Shown: in pieces, positions 41,001 to 50,162 of the stretch
Layout of the letters: every line of letters begins with the position of its first letter
Numbering within the stretch: position 1 is the stretch's first letter
Origin: Pseudomonadota bacterium
GTDB lineage: Bacteria; Bdellovibrionota; FAC87; UBA2466
Length of the DNA stretch: 64,000 nucleotides
Assembly: GCA_043767805.1 (NCBI GenBank)
Contig: JAYUGC010000036.1
Span: 1 to 64,000, forward strand
Reading direction: 5' to 3'
Program-made: the position numbers and the translations under genes
Notes under the pieces: model-generated
What the model was told of the DNA's origin: nothing
Databases searched by the model: none
Seen by the model: only the letters and a program-made list of their open reading frames with translations

Positions 41001-41121
41001 CACTCAACGCCCGGGTGGTCGAACCAATCCCGAGGGAAAGAACTCTAATCCAGAGGGTTTCGTAAATGAGGCTCGCGGCCCCGGAGAAGAAGAACAGAAG
41101 ACTAAGGCTCCAACTCAGCAT
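38083..41121 (-). CDS. Fused MFS-like membrane/spermidine synthase-like protein with TPR-like C-terminus
   Basis: SGAASLIYETLW, NTFGAVAG, VGYGGGFT, LFTKEFF, QWL. Confidence 0.85.
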   Translation of the reverse strand: MLSWSLSLLFFFSGAASLIYETLWIRVLSLGIGSTTRALSVVLALFFLGLSAGSFWAGRYRGKIPPLRLYGMVEGALGLYGALVLFPLLHFSQILAWLPAEGNAAWLSHPIKFFVVALLLTPATVAMGATLPILVRALPTLRSGSRDGVSHWYAINTFGAVAGALGASFLLLPRFGVIGANLTAALVNFLIAGAAFFAPARFAPAPPAEPVFGGRIARRSWVLVGLTTLCGFSSLVAEVVWNKYLGIYLGNNVYGLGLVLSTYLFGLALGAWACRYWLLRSQNRTAWLIGLLAGAAAFTTLATAWLNGLPLMTHLAGYYLSRGSATGMSLLGLKCLFSTIALLPATICFGALFPLTVKLLSEDGPAASRSVSWAYSANTLGAIVGSYLAGVVLVPAFGSSLTIQLASALLLGGVVLALWMWSPKPARWTLAALPALALILVIKVDFSNIVKSAYSQRIEGGATLTQTLRTFASNYEQFVWIKEGETSLITLTHDPKDGESYRNYLRLKTNGLNESIYHIGNLNELPRYEALLGILPYTLSESPKRAFVVGYGGGFTVDLLTSLPLAKVRVVELENAILEASKKAHGGNNPILKRRNLDLSVEDARYVLATKAGAPWDIIVSQPSQSWLAGAANLFTKEFFEIVQGNLAPNGIYSQWLNLYNMDTVTLRSILKTFYGVFPQGAVFSGENDQEMILIGSNRPLKFNVTEVNRLARQTRFSQKLSGVPFRSVGSLLAHFVMSRDAALKVSEGSSWNTDRNAYAETRQSRLFYDGVPDSESPQTFLTTHYEPAAVKLVEGQEDPAYDVLVSLNESNQPAKFARLLESYVATSDESPIRQGRLGYLYLKAQKYGAARDALVKAMKGAPSPAHLNLLLSSWTELGEPNRVLALVGSNRKLADKITDCYQTGAEQKLGRFAAVAPRMARMLADVPGYTNACGDYFNKLVGDYYFQRAEYASAAPFYQAYQNAHKLDTEANRKLAESYLKLGQWADAERATKTARESAQQQKETVPATAE

Positions 41122-41135
41122 CCTACCAACCCCAT

Positions 41136-41170
41136 AAAAAAAGCGAGGGCGGGGAGTTCCCGCCCTCGCT
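41136..41170 (-). terminator. Intrinsic terminator
   Basis: 12-bp stem agcgagggcggg/cccgccctcgct plus A-run. Confidence 0.85.
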
Positions 41171-41182
41171 CAAGAAGGAATA

Positions 41183-43102
41183 TCAGAACTCGAGGAACGC
41201 GTCCAAGCCAGCGTCGCTGTTCGCCATGGGCATGCCCATCGGCATGGGCTCAGGGCCGGGACCGGGCTCCATCGGCATGGGGCTCGGACCAGGATTGGGC
41301 ATCGGGCTTGGTCCGGGGCCGGGACCCGGATTCGGGTTCGGATTCGGGTTGGGCATTGGCTGAGGCCCAGGCATCGGACCCGGGTTCGGGTTCGGATTGG
41401 GCATCGGCATGGGGCCCGGATTTGGGTTCGGATTCGGGTTGGGCATTGGCTGAGGCCCAGGCATCGGACCCGGATTCGGGTTCGGATTGGGCATCGGCAT
41501 CGGACCCGGCATCGGTTCCGGTCCGGGCCCAGGCATGGGGTTCGGCATCGGATTCGGATTCGGCATCGGGTTCGGCATGGGATTGGGCATCGGCATGGGG
41601 CCGGGGCCAGGTCCGGGCATCGGGAACGGATTCGGATGCGGTCCGGGCATGGGGCCAGGTCCGGGCATCGGTCCGGGGCCCGGCATGGGTCCCGGCATCG
41701 GATGGGGATTCGGATTCGGCATCGGGTGCAGATTCGGCACGCAAGAGTTGGAGCCGGGCGACCAGTGAGTGCCGGGTCCGCAGATCTTGTTGTGCGGGAT
41801 CAGATTACAACCGCCGCCGAAGTATCTGTAACCGGGAGGACAGTAAGGATGATTGGAAACGCATCCGCCGTGTTCCCAGTGGCTTCCAGGTCCACAATGT
41901 TTCTGCGTCGGAACGCAAGATTGCGAGCCGGGATTCCAGTAGTGGTGATTCGGGCAGTAGCCGTGGTGGCTGATGCAGCTACCGAAGTGCGGATCGTAAT
42001 ACTGATTCGGTCCGCAAGACGTCGGCCAGAGAGAAATACAGCCCAGCGTGGCCCAAGAATACTTGAAGCCGATGGAGCAGCTGTACGGAAGGCGCGTGCA
42101 ATGTCCGTAGTAACTGTCCCAAGAGTAGTTCCAAGGACAACGAGGCGCGCTGGCCGGCTGACATTGCGAGCTATAGGGATCGAAGTACCAACCGGGCAAG
42201 CAGCTGATACTTGGGGGCGGTTGCGGATACTGAACGCAGTTATTGCTCGAGGGCTCGTAGTACGTTCCCGCGGGGCAATCGATTTGCGCTTCTTGTACGC
42301 AGAAGCCTTGGGCTTCGTCGTAGTAGTAACCGGCCGGGCAGCTGGGCGCGGGGCCAGGCAACGGGCCGGGGCCCGGGTTCGGATTCGGCGCGACGGCGTC
42401 GTTGATGGTCAGCTGGAACTGGCGGTAGGAAAGATTTCCATCCGGATCGGTCAGCTGCACCGAGAAGTAATGAGAGCCGGCGACCGTGCCGCGGCCCTTT
42501 AGTACCGTGCGAAATTCGTTGTCGATCGGAGTGAGAGCGAAATCATCCGGAAACTCTCCGGTGAAAAGCTCCGACTGGACCGAGGGGGCGCTGTCCTTAT
42601 CGAAACTGATGTCAGTTTGATAGAGCTTGCCGACCGTCGCTTCGGGAAGAATGCGATCGGTGGAGAACTTCGGAAAGAGAAAGTTATCGTTCTCGTCTCC
42701 GAAGAAGCACATCTCGCGGAAGATGGCGTCCTGGCCTTGCGGCCGGGCGGAAGCGACTAGACACCAATGTTGCGTGAAGAGAGGAGTACCGAAGATGAGC
42801 GCTTTGCTCGCCGTCGTTTGCTCGAGCTCGAGGCCCGGCGGTAAATCACCGTACGCGATGGTCCATTCAATTGGGACCCCAGCGGGCGCATCCGAGAGAG
42901 TCAGTTCGGTCTGGGACTCTTCGCCGTATTTCACGCGAAGGGTGTCGTCGTGCACCTGAATGACGGGGGCAGCGGCCGCCCTCGCTTCGGTTGCGGTTGA
43001 TTCGCTCTGGTTGTTCCAAACCCTAAATTGGCTGGTGCCAGAGGCGGTAAAGCCCATCAGCATGGCGACTGATAGGAATGCCAATCCTAATTTTTTTTTC
43101 AT
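41183..43102 (-). CDS. Secreted surface protein: Ig-like domains, Cys-rich repeats, Pro/Met/Gly/Asn tail
   Basis: Signal peptide; GDLPPGL..IFGTP (He_PIG-like); CPxGxx(W/Y/F)...C repeats; PMPGP/PNPNP tail; alternative GTG start 43117. Confidence 0.8.
   Translation of the reverse strand: MKKKLGLAFLSVAMLMGFTASGTSQFRVWNNQSESTATEARAAAAPVIQVHDDTLRVKYGEESQTELTLSDAPAGVPIEWTIAYGDLPPGLELEQTTASKALIFGTPLFTQHWCLVASARPQGQDAIFREMCFFGDENDNFLFPKFSTDRILPEATVGKLYQTDISFDKDSAPSVQSELFTGEFPDDFALTPIDNEFRTVLKGRGTVAGSHYFSVQLTDPDGNLSYRQFQLTINDAVAPNPNPGPGPLPGPAPSCPAGYYYDEAQGFCVQEAQIDCPAGTYYEPSSNNCVQYPQPPPSISCLPGWYFDPYSSQCQPASAPRCPWNYSWDSYYGHCTRLPYSCSIGFKYSWATLGCISLWPTSCGPNQYYDPHFGSCISHHGYCPNHHYWNPGSQSCVPTQKHCGPGSHWEHGGCVSNHPYCPPGYRYFGGGCNLIPHNKICGPGTHWSPGSNSCVPNLHPMPNPNPHPMPGPMPGPGPMPGPGPMPGPHPNPFPMPGPGPGPMPMPNPMPNPMPNPNPMPNPMPGPGPEPMPGPMPMPNPNPNPGPMPGPQPMPNPNPNPNPGPMPMPNPNPNPGPMPGPQPMPNPNPNPNPGPGPGPSPMPNPGPSPMPMEPGPGPEPMPMGMPMANSDAGLDAFLEF
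41324..41500. repeat. Near-perfect 90-bp tandem duplication inside the Pro-rich tail
   Basis: 41331-41410 nearly identical to 41421-41500. Confidence 0.85.
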
Positions 43103-43166
43103 CTGAAGTTTCTTCACTGTGAGACCCCCAAAATTTAATTTCGCTCTCGCGATGAATCTGTGCGAA

Positions 43167-43182
43167 AGCAATTCCGATACCA
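43167..43182 (-). promoter_or_regulatory. Putative sigma54 promoter
   Basis: TGGTATCGGAATTGCT (GG-N10-GC). Confidence 0.45.
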
Positions 43183-43364
43183 AACCGAAGAAAACTGCCG
43201 CTGATGTTCGCTTTGTGAGGGAAACAGTACACATTCGATGAGGGTCCGCAACGGACCGGCTCGTCATGGCTCGGAAAAACTTACTTCTTCGTCGGAGCAA
43301 TTCGGCACCATTTCTAAGACGCATAAGCGACGGAAAAAATGGCTCAACGAATCAGTGTGGCGTT

Positions 43365-44084
43365 TTAAACGGGAGTGTTGCGAGCCAGAGCGTGAGGAGC
43401 GGGTGGGGCAAAGTACTCTGTGACGCAATGAATCAAGTGGAGACACCCCGTGTATTTACCGGGACGAAGGATGAGCTCCTTTTCATTTAAGCGCACGATC
43501 CACTCCCAACCGGTCTTTGAGAGATAGCGAATGCGAGCGTGATCTTCTTCTTCGATGACTTCTCCGCCCGTTTTGGAGGCGTAGGCTTCAAACTTTCGCA
43601 CCAGGTCATCGAAGTCGGGCTCGCCTAAGAGCGGAAGCACCACTTCCTGAAAGCTCACCGGAAAGAGAGAGTCGAACTCCCGGGGGAGAGCCGCCGGCGG
43701 AACGTTTAACCGGAGCGTGCGCACGGTGCGTACTTGCGCGGGGTCCTCGGGATCTTGACCTGAGTCGATGGAGAACCAAAACGAAGCCGTCTCCACCGAG
43801 CCCGCGCCTTCCGCCGCCGAGCGCTCGACCTCGTCGCGTACGAGGCCCAAAAGCAGCTTCGCATTTTGATAAATCTTTTGCGTCTCCGCGCGCACCGACT
43901 CCTCAAAGAGCGTGCGCACCCAGGTGTCGGCGGATACGTGCACGCGGTCGGGGACCCGGTGTTTGTTGCGATCAAAGCCCGGCACCCAAGTCACGGGGTG
44001 GCACTGCACGCTTCTCAAGTAAGCTTTTTCGGCATCGATACTCACGTCGAGCCGGGCTGGCGTTGGTTTCGCGGACTTCTTCAC
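43365..44084 (-). CDS. Hypothetical protein
   Basis: 239-aa ORF filling the gap between genes, protein-like composition. Confidence 0.6.
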   Translation of the reverse strand: MKKSAKPTPARLDVSIDAEKAYLRSVQCHPVTWVPGFDRNKHRVPDRVHVSADTWVRTLFEESVRAETQKIYQNAKLLLGLVRDEVERSAAEGAGSVETASFWFSIDSGQDPEDPAQVRTVRTLRLNVPPAALPREFDSLFPVSFQEVVLPLLGEPDFDDLVRKFEAYASKTGGEVIEEEDHARIRYLSKTGWEWIVRLNEKELILRPGKYTGCLHLIHCVTEYFAPPAPHALARNTPV

Positions 44085-44168
44085 TGGGAAGCAATATGCC
44101 CTAGAGAGGCGCCGCGAGGAAGGATCGAAATCCCCTTAGAGGGAGGCGGCGGTGGGAAGCGCCGGAAG

Positions 44169-45248
44169 TTAAAAAGACGGCTTGGAGCGAGCGAGTCTGG
44201 CCAAGACCCAGCCTCGCACGGTGAGCATGGGCAACTCGACCAGCAGATAGGTCGCCGACGCGATGAGTACGCATGCGATGAGCCAGGCGGAAATATTGGC
44301 CCACCAGTTACCTGCGAAAGGCGAGCGCTTCTCGAACAGTCTAAGGAGTAACCAAAACCAGAGATAAACGCCGTAGGAAATCTTCGCAATCCAGTGGACG
44401 GCGGACTTCACGAAGCTAGGTAGGGGCATCTCGTAGTGATACGTCGCGACGAGTAGCGTCCCGAAGCCGGCGGCGAGAAGCGTGTAATAGAAACTCATTC
44501 CCAGTTTTCCGGTGACTTGCCCTGTGAACGAGGCGCCAATGAGACCCGCTATAAGGAGAGAGACGAACAGGCACAGCGCCTGTTTTTTCGCGTTCCAAAC
44601 GCTCCATTGGGGAAAGGTTCTAGCTAGGAAAATCCCCATGGAAATGCCGTCGAGATGGAGGTGAGTCTCCCAGCCGAAGAAATGGCCTTCGCTCAAATCG
44701 AAAAAGGGCCTGAGGCCGAAGGCGGTGCTGGCGCGCCAGGCGGTGCTGAAAACCAAGGGAAAAAGCCAAAACCACGGGGGCATGTCTCTTACCCGTCTCA
44801 CCAAGAGTAAGAGGGGGAAAGCTAAGTAAAAGTGTTCCTCGACGCAAAGAGACCAGCTCTGAATGAAATCGAAATTGGAAACGTAGTTCTGAGCGAAAAG
44901 CAGGTAGGTAGCCCCTGCCCCTCTAAAGGGGAACCCAAGCAGTTTCGGCTTGATGAACACGTAGACGAAAAGAACGAAGCCGTAGAGAGGAATCGTGCGC
45001 AGCCAGCGTTGGGCCCAAAAGATCGCCAAGGTATTGCCGGGGCGGTCGAAGGTCAGCGCGAACGCCTGTCTTCCGATGAGAAATCCAGAGAGCACGAAGA
45101 AGAGATCGACCCCGCTCCATCCGTAGGAGGCCAGGCGACTGAAAGCAGGGCTGATGCCCGGGAGATCGCCGCCGTGGAAAAGGAGAACGCCGCCAATGGC
45201 GAGCACCCGCAGGATATCCAAGTTCAAATTGCGGGAGCTCGAAGTCAT
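44169..45248 (-). CDS. Acyltransferase family 3 (OafA-like)
   Basis: LDILR, GVDLFFVLSGFLI, WSLCVEEHFY, ISYGVYL. Confidence 0.9.
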   Translation of the reverse strand: MTSSSRNLNLDILRVLAIGGVLLFHGGDLPGISPAFSRLASYGWSGVDLFFVLSGFLIGRQAFALTFDRPGNTLAIFWAQRWLRTIPLYGFVLFVYVFIKPKLLGFPFRGAGATYLLFAQNYVSNFDFIQSWSLCVEEHFYLAFPLLLLVRRVRDMPPWFWLFPLVFSTAWRASTAFGLRPFFDLSEGHFFGWETHLHLDGISMGIFLARTFPQWSVWNAKKQALCLFVSLLIAGLIGASFTGQVTGKLGMSFYYTLLAAGFGTLLVATYHYEMPLPSFVKSAVHWIAKISYGVYLWFWLLLRLFEKRSPFAGNWWANISAWLIACVLIASATYLLVELPMLTVRGWVLARLARSKPSF

Positions 45249-45330
45249 GAAAATAGTAGGAACGGAGGAGGCGGGGGCGAGCTTCTATTTTACACTGGGC
45301 GGCCGGCTTATTTTGACGCGTCGAGAGGGG

Positions 45331-45813
45331 TTACTGCGGGAGCAGCGCCTGAATCTGAGCCTCCAAGGATTCGGGCTTGGCCTGCGGCGAAAGGCGCGCG
45401 ACCACGGTTCCGTCAGGGCCGATGAGAAATTTCGTGAAATTCCATTTGATGCCGCTCGTGCCGAGAAACCCTTTCTCCTCGTGCTTCAAATATTCGTAAA
45501 GCGGATGGGCATTGCCGCCGTTGACGTCGATTTTCGCGAAAAGCGGAAAGCTAATCTGAAAGCGGCTCTCGCAAAACGACTTGATCTGCGCGTCCGTTCC
45601 GGGCTCCTGACCGCCGAACTGATTGCAGGGGAAGGCCAGTACCTCGAAGCCGCGGTCTTTGTACTTCTTATGAAGTTCCTCGAGACCGGAGTATTGGGCG
45701 GTGAAACCGCATTCGCTGGCGACGTTGACGACGAGCAGCACCTTTCCCCGGTAAGAGGAGAGGGTGGTCTCGCTACCGTCGTTCGTCTTAACCTTAAAGT
45801 CGTAAATACTCAT
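45331..45813 (-). CDS. Glutathione peroxidase family (Cys type)
   Basis: NVASECGFT, FPCNQFG, KWNFTKFL. Confidence 0.95.
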   Translation of the reverse strand: MSIYDFKVKTNDGSETTLSSYRGKVLLVVNVASECGFTAQYSGLEELHKKYKDRGFEVLAFPCNQFGGQEPGTDAQIKSFCESRFQISFPLFAKIDVNGGNAHPLYEYLKHEEKGFLGTSGIKWNFTKFLIGPDGTVVARLSPQAKPESLEAQIQALLPQ

Positions 45814-45846
45814 CGGGGCACACTAGCACTGCGACAATCGCTCCGG

Positions 45847-47544
45847 CTAGAACTTGTGAGCTTTGAGAAATTTAGAAAGGAGAAACGGCTCGCTGGGCAC
45901 GGGCTCTTTGCGGAACTCGGAGACCGGAGCACCCGAGACGTCTCTCAGCTGAAAATGAACGAGGTTATGGCTAAGCGTCGCGAGCTTTGGGAAAAAGGCC
46001 GCGGCGTAGGCATTCGTACCTACGCGAAGATACGGGCCGACCTCACTCATTGGCTTACCGTGCACGCGAATGTCCTTTAGGCGGTTCAGAAAAGGGAGGC
46101 CCTTCGGGTTTCGGGTAAAAGTAAGCGAGTCGCTGAAGGTGAGCGCGAAGTGCGGCGATATCCAGCGATACGCTTCCAAAAGCTGTAGCAGCAAAACGAA
46201 ATCTTCTTTTGAGAACGTCGAGGTGACGATAGGGGAGCCCAAGCTGAAATCGTCTCCGAAGCCGATGGAGAGCACTCGAAAGAGATCGGAAAATTGATAA
46301 GGTGTCGGTTTGCCGCCTACGAGAGGCAGATTTTCCCGGATGAGACTTCGCGCCGTGAAGTACACGTCGACCGGAGGGCTCGCCGTTTGGTTGAGCGTCT
46401 CGCGAATGCCCGACATCACCAAGGGACCAAGGCCTTCCCCCGTCTCCCAGTTTTGCTCGAGGGTTTTGTGAACCGTGACCACAGGCGTGTCGTACTCGAA
46501 CCCCGCGGGCTTTAACTTCGCAGCAAGCTCTTTCTTATAGGAAGCGATCTGCGCGAGAATAACGGGATCCGCCACCACCGAGTCGTCGATTTTCCGATAG
46601 GTCGCGCCCTCGTTTCTTAAAGAGAGCCCCTTTTCACCGGTCTCAAGCTCCAGCACACCTAGATACTTGCCGTAGTTTCCGGCTTGGGCGACGAGAGTCG
46701 TTCCGGCGCGTACCGGAGTTTCATAAAGTTTGTGAGTGTGCCCGGAAACGACGAGATCGATTCCCGGCACTTTGCCAAGCGCCACGTCTTGAGGCGCGCC
46801 TCCGTGCACTAGCGCAATGACGAGACCCACTCCTTTTTCACGGTGTAATTGCTCCGCCCGTGATTTTGCTAGCGCGAGAAAATCGTCGAGCTTTGGCTGA
46901 GCCGATAGGTCGTCGAAGCCGACGACGTGATTGGGGCCACGGCTACTGGCGCAATCTCGCGCGGCATCGGGACTCAAAAATCCGAGAATAGCCACGCGAA
47001 GCGTTTGCCCGTGGTAGGTGAGTGCTTTGATGACTTCCCTGGGGATTTCATTCAGTGCGGCGCCTTCGCTTCGAAGGGCGTTCGTCACGACGAGATTTGC
47101 TAAACCGAACTTCGCCTTGCCCTTCGCGAGCATCGCCGCGAGGCCCCCATTTCCCGCATCGAACTCGTGATTGCCGAAAGTGACGGCGTCATACCCGACG
47201 TCATGAAAGAAAGAGAGCTCGGGAACCGAGGGGGACCCCGCTACCGGCCCCAAACCGTGGAACAAGGAGCCCGAGAAAAAATCGCCCGCGTCGACCAGTA
47301 GGACCGGCTCGCCTTCGTTTTCCTTTTGCGCGCGCATAGCGCGAATGACACTGGCGAGCCGGGCATAATGCCCTTGGATGGGGTCGCCATCTCCGGCTTT
47401 GGCGGAAAAGAGCGCGTCGGGGCCGCTTCCCTCGAAATGAGAATGCAGATCGTTCGTGTGGAGCACGGTGAGGCGAAATGCCTCGGCGCCCCGGCACGAG
47501 AACCCGATTCCGAAAAGAATCAGGAAAAAGAAAGAAGGCCGCAT
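45847..47544 (-). CDS. Exported 5'-nucleotidase-type metallophosphoesterase
   Basis: HTNDLHS, DAGD, GNHEFD, SGHTH. Confidence 0.88.
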   Translation of the reverse strand: MRPSFFFLILFGIGFSCRGAEAFRLTVLHTNDLHSHFEGSGPDALFSAKAGDGDPIQGHYARLASVIRAMRAQKENEGEPVLLVDAGDFFSGSLFHGLGPVAGSPSVPELSFFHDVGYDAVTFGNHEFDAGNGGLAAMLAKGKAKFGLANLVVTNALRSEGAALNEIPREVIKALTYHGQTLRVAILGFLSPDAARDCASSRGPNHVVGFDDLSAQPKLDDFLALAKSRAEQLHREKGVGLVIALVHGGAPQDVALGKVPGIDLVVSGHTHKLYETPVRAGTTLVAQAGNYGKYLGVLELETGEKGLSLRNEGATYRKIDDSVVADPVILAQIASYKKELAAKLKPAGFEYDTPVVTVHKTLEQNWETGEGLGPLVMSGIRETLNQTASPPVDVYFTARSLIRENLPLVGGKPTPYQFSDLFRVLSIGFGDDFSLGSPIVTSTFSKEDFVLLLQLLEAYRWISPHFALTFSDSLTFTRNPKGLPFLNRLKDIRVHGKPMSEVGPYLRVGTNAYAAAFFPKLATLSHNLVHFQLRDVSGAPVSEFRKEPVPSEPFLLSKFLKAHKF

Positions 47545-47584
47545 TGCGTTTAAGCAGTATCACGTCGGCTGAGTCCGGAAAAGG

Positions 47585-47600
47585 CGGCACCCTTGTTGCA
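47585..47600 (+). promoter_or_regulatory. Sigma54-type promoter
   Basis: CGGCACCCTTGTTGCA (GG-N10-GC). Confidence 0.6.
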
Positions 47601-47638
47601 AAACAATAGCTAGGAAGCACAACTGGGAGACCGAGACG

Positions 47639-48304
47639 ATGTCCTATCACTTACCTTTTTTTAAGAACCGGCCCGAAGCGGGAGATCAACTCGCTCAACG
47701 CCTGATCCGATACCAACGAGACTCGAAAGCCGTGGTCTTAGCCTTGCCTCGCGGTGGTGTTCCCGTCGGCTATGAGGTCGCCATGGAGCTAGGCTTGCCG
47801 CTCGACGTCTTTGTCGTCAGAAAGCTTGGGTTTCCCGGGCATCAAGAGCTCGCCATGGGAGCGGTCGCCAGCGGCGGCGTGCGCGTCCTAACTAAAGAAA
47901 TCGTCGATCTCTACGGAGTTTCCGCCTCTACTCTGGAATCGATCACCGAGGCCGAGACCGTAGAGCTCGTTCGCAGAGAGCTTGCCTACCGGCGAGGGGA
48001 GCCACCGCGAGAGGTCGCGGGCCAAACCGTCATCCTGGTAGACGATGGGCTCGCGACCGGATCCACTATGCTCGCCGCGATCAGAGCGCTGCGCAAACGA
48101 AGGCCCGCGCGTCTAATCGCCGCGGTGCCCGTGGCCGCGCTTGCCGCGGTGGAGCTGCTATCGTCGGAAGCCGACGAGGTGGTGTCCGTCGAGACGCCCA
48201 AGCCCTTTTACTCCGTAGGGCAGTGGTACGAGGACTTCACCCAGACAACCGACGCGGATGTTCGCTTTTATTTGAAGCAAGCGCGCCGCCGAACGGCGGC
48301 CTAA
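47639..48304 (+). CDS. Phosphoribosyltransferase family protein
   Basis: LPRGGVPV, ELAMGA, PRPP loop VILVDDGLATGST. Confidence 0.9.
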   Translation: MSYHLPFFKNRPEAGDQLAQRLIRYQRDSKAVVLALPRGGVPVGYEVAMELGLPLDVFVVRKLGFPGHQELAMGAVASGGVRVLTKEIVDLYGVSASTLESITEAETVELVRRELAYRRGEPPREVAGQTVILVDDGLATGSTMLAAIRALRKRRPARLIAAVPVAALAAVELLSSEADEVVSVETPKPFYSVGQWYEDFTQTTDADVRFYLKQARRRTAA

Positions 48305-48369
48305 AGCCTCATTCCTAAACCGACGGAAGTAGTTCAATCATCCCGCGAGCCAAGCGCTTTCCGAGTCTT

Positions 48370-48876
48370 TTAGGCGACGAGCTTCAGCTTGTGCTTGCCG
48401 CTCTTAATCTCGTAACGCCCCATCAATTCCGCGGTTCCGATGACGTGGCCTTCCACTTCGGTCAGTAGCTCGTCCTTCGTCATGCCGGGAGCCAAGTCCA
48501 CCGCGGCATTCAGCGCGAGGAGCCGGAAAAAATAGCGATGGGGACCGTCTCCCGGAGGCGGCAGCGGCCCGCCGTAACCCAGATGACCAAACGAGTTCAA
48601 GCCTTGCCGCGCGTGCGGAGGTAGCTCGAGGGTCTCCGACTGCGGGATGCCTTCCGGGAGCTTCGTGACGTTTCCTGGAATTTTATACAGCACCCAGTGC
48701 ACGAAAGGCTCGGCTTTCGGCGCGTCTGGATCTTCGGCGATGAGTACGAGCTCTTTGGTGCCGTCGGGAATGCCCGCCCATTCGAGAGAGGGGCTTTGAT
48801 CCTGGCCTTCACCAGTCAGGTCTTTAGGGATGGTTTCTCCACTGGAGAAGGAATGTGAGCTCAGAGTAAATGCCAT
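48370..48876 (-). CDS. YbhB/YbcL (PEBP) family protein
   Basis: DPDAP, FVHWV, GYGGPLPP, HRYFF. Confidence 0.92.
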   Translation of the reverse strand: MAFTLSSHSFSSGETIPKDLTGEGQDQSPSLEWAGIPDGTKELVLIAEDPDAPKAEPFVHWVLYKIPGNVTKLPEGIPQSETLELPPHARQGLNSFGHLGYGGPLPPPGDGPHRYFFRLLALNAAVDLAPGMTKDELLTEVEGHVIGTAELMGRYEIKSGKHKLKLVA

Positions 48877-48899
48877 TTTGGTTCTAAGTCCTTTTTGGA

Positions 48900-49073
48900 T
48901 TACGCGACTTTTTTCACCGCGTACTTGCGCTTATTGTGCTCGAACTCGTCTTTGCAGGTGTTACTGCAGAAATAGATCTTCTGTCCCTCGAACTCGGCGG
49001 TGTCGGCCGCGTCCTCGGGCTGCACTTCCATCCCGCACACGGGATCTTTGCCGTGGAAGTCGAATTCAATCAT
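48900..49073 (-). CDS. YHS-domain protein, 57 aa (absent from ORF track)
   Basis: MIEFDFHGKDPVCGMEV...KIYFCSNTCKDEF; AAGGAG RBS. Confidence 0.85.
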   Translation of the reverse strand: MIEFDFHGKDPVCGMEVQPEDAADTAEFEGQKIYFCSNTCKDEFEHNKRKYAVKKVA

Positions 49074-49130
49074 AGCGTTTCTCCTTTAGGCTTCAGTTTT
49101 GTTGCAGACTGTAACTACCCGGGTACCGGA

Positions 49131-49778
49131 TCAGCTAGCCATGCGCCATTCGCGCCCGGACGCGCCCGTCTTCTCGAACTCTTTCCAGCGAAGCGCTACT
49201 TCGGGCCAGTTCACGAGGTGCCAGAAAGTTTTGACGTACTCAAGCCGGCGATTCTGGTGCTTCAGATAGTAAGCATGCTCCCAAAGATCGAGCACCAGAA
49301 GCGGGGTCATGCCTTGCGAGAGCGGGCTCTCGTGATCTCTCGTCGTGAGAAGCTTCAGCTCGCCTGCTGGCGTGGTCGCAAGCCACGCCCAGCCGTTCGA
49401 AAAATGCTCGGTGGCGAGCTTGGAGAACGTCTCCTTGAAAGTCTGCAGGGAGCCGAAGGTACTCGTGATTAATCCGTCGAGGTCGCCTTCGGGGCCGCTC
49501 TGCGATTGCGGCGTGAGCACCGTCCAAAAAAGGCTGTGGTTGGCATGTCCGCCGGCGTTGTGAAGCACGTCCGTCCGGATCGAAGCGGGAAGGCTGTCGA
49601 TGGATTTCAAAAGGTCCTCGACCTTCTTCTTCTCACCGGGGTGCTTGTCCATGACCTCGTTCAACTTATCGACGTAGGTTTTGTGATGCCCATCGTGATG
49701 GACTTTCATGGTGGCCTCGTCGATGAGCGGCTCAAGCGCATTGTAAGCGTAAGGCAATCTCGGCAGTACGTATTTCAT
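49131..49778 (-). CDS. Fe/Mn superoxide dismutase
   Basis: HHDGHH, NHSLFW, GWAWL, DLWEHAYY. Confidence 0.93.
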   Translation of the reverse strand: MKYVLPRLPYAYNALEPLIDEATMKVHHDGHHKTYVDKLNEVMDKHPGEKKKVEDLLKSIDSLPASIRTDVLHNAGGHANHSLFWTVLTPQSQSGPEGDLDGLITSTFGSLQTFKETFSKLATEHFSNGWAWLATTPAGELKLLTTRDHESPLSQGMTPLLVLDLWEHAYYLKHQNRRLEYVKTFWHLVNWPEVALRWKEFEKTGASGREWRMAS

Positions 49779-49803
49779 TTCAGCTCCCTTGCTCTGTTCT
49801 CCA

Positions 49804-49836
49804 TGCAGAGCCCGTGCCGATGGTATGGCCGATGCA
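49804..49836. promoter_or_regulatory. Back-to-back divergent sigma54-type promoters (SOD / DUF2171)
   Basis: Minus strand CGGCACGGGCTCTGCA (49804-49819); plus strand TGGTATGGCCGATGCA (49821-49836). Confidence 0.55.
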
Positions 49837-49873
49837 CGTTCTTTCGGATCTAACCCACAAAAGGAGGCCCCGC

Positions 49874-50146
49874 ATGCTGACGAGTCAGATCAAAAAAAAT
49901 CTATTCGTGGAGGCACGCTCTACCCGCGGCGAGCTCTACGGCACTCATGTTGGAACGGTGGATCATTTGGACGGAGACAAGTACATCAAGCTCACGCGCA
50001 AAGACTCACCCGATCACCGCCATCATTGGATTCCCGTCGACTGGGTGGAGCGTATCGAAGACGAGACGGTATTCCTAAACCGAACCACCCAAGAGTTCTA
50101 TCACGGCCAGCTCAACGAGCGGCCACCCCTCAAGAAGCACTCTTAA
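49874..50146 (+). CDS. DUF2171 protein
   Basis: HVGTVDHLDG..IKLTRKDS...HHWIPVDWV; AGGAGG RBS. Confidence 0.85.
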   Translation: MLTSQIKKNLFVEARSTRGELYGTHVGTVDHLDGDKYIKLTRKDSPDHRHHWIPVDWVERIEDETVFLNRTTQEFYHGQLNERPPLKKHS

Positions 50147-50162
50147 AAGGTAGGCCTACCTT

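Noticed and set aside
41250..41973. Alternative-frame Gly/Ser/Asp-rich ORFs
   Set aside because: Products of the low-complexity Pro-rich coding region read in other frames
43297..43311. Second sigma54-like motif TGGTGCCGAATTGCT
   Set aside because: GG-GC spacing is 9 rather than the required 10
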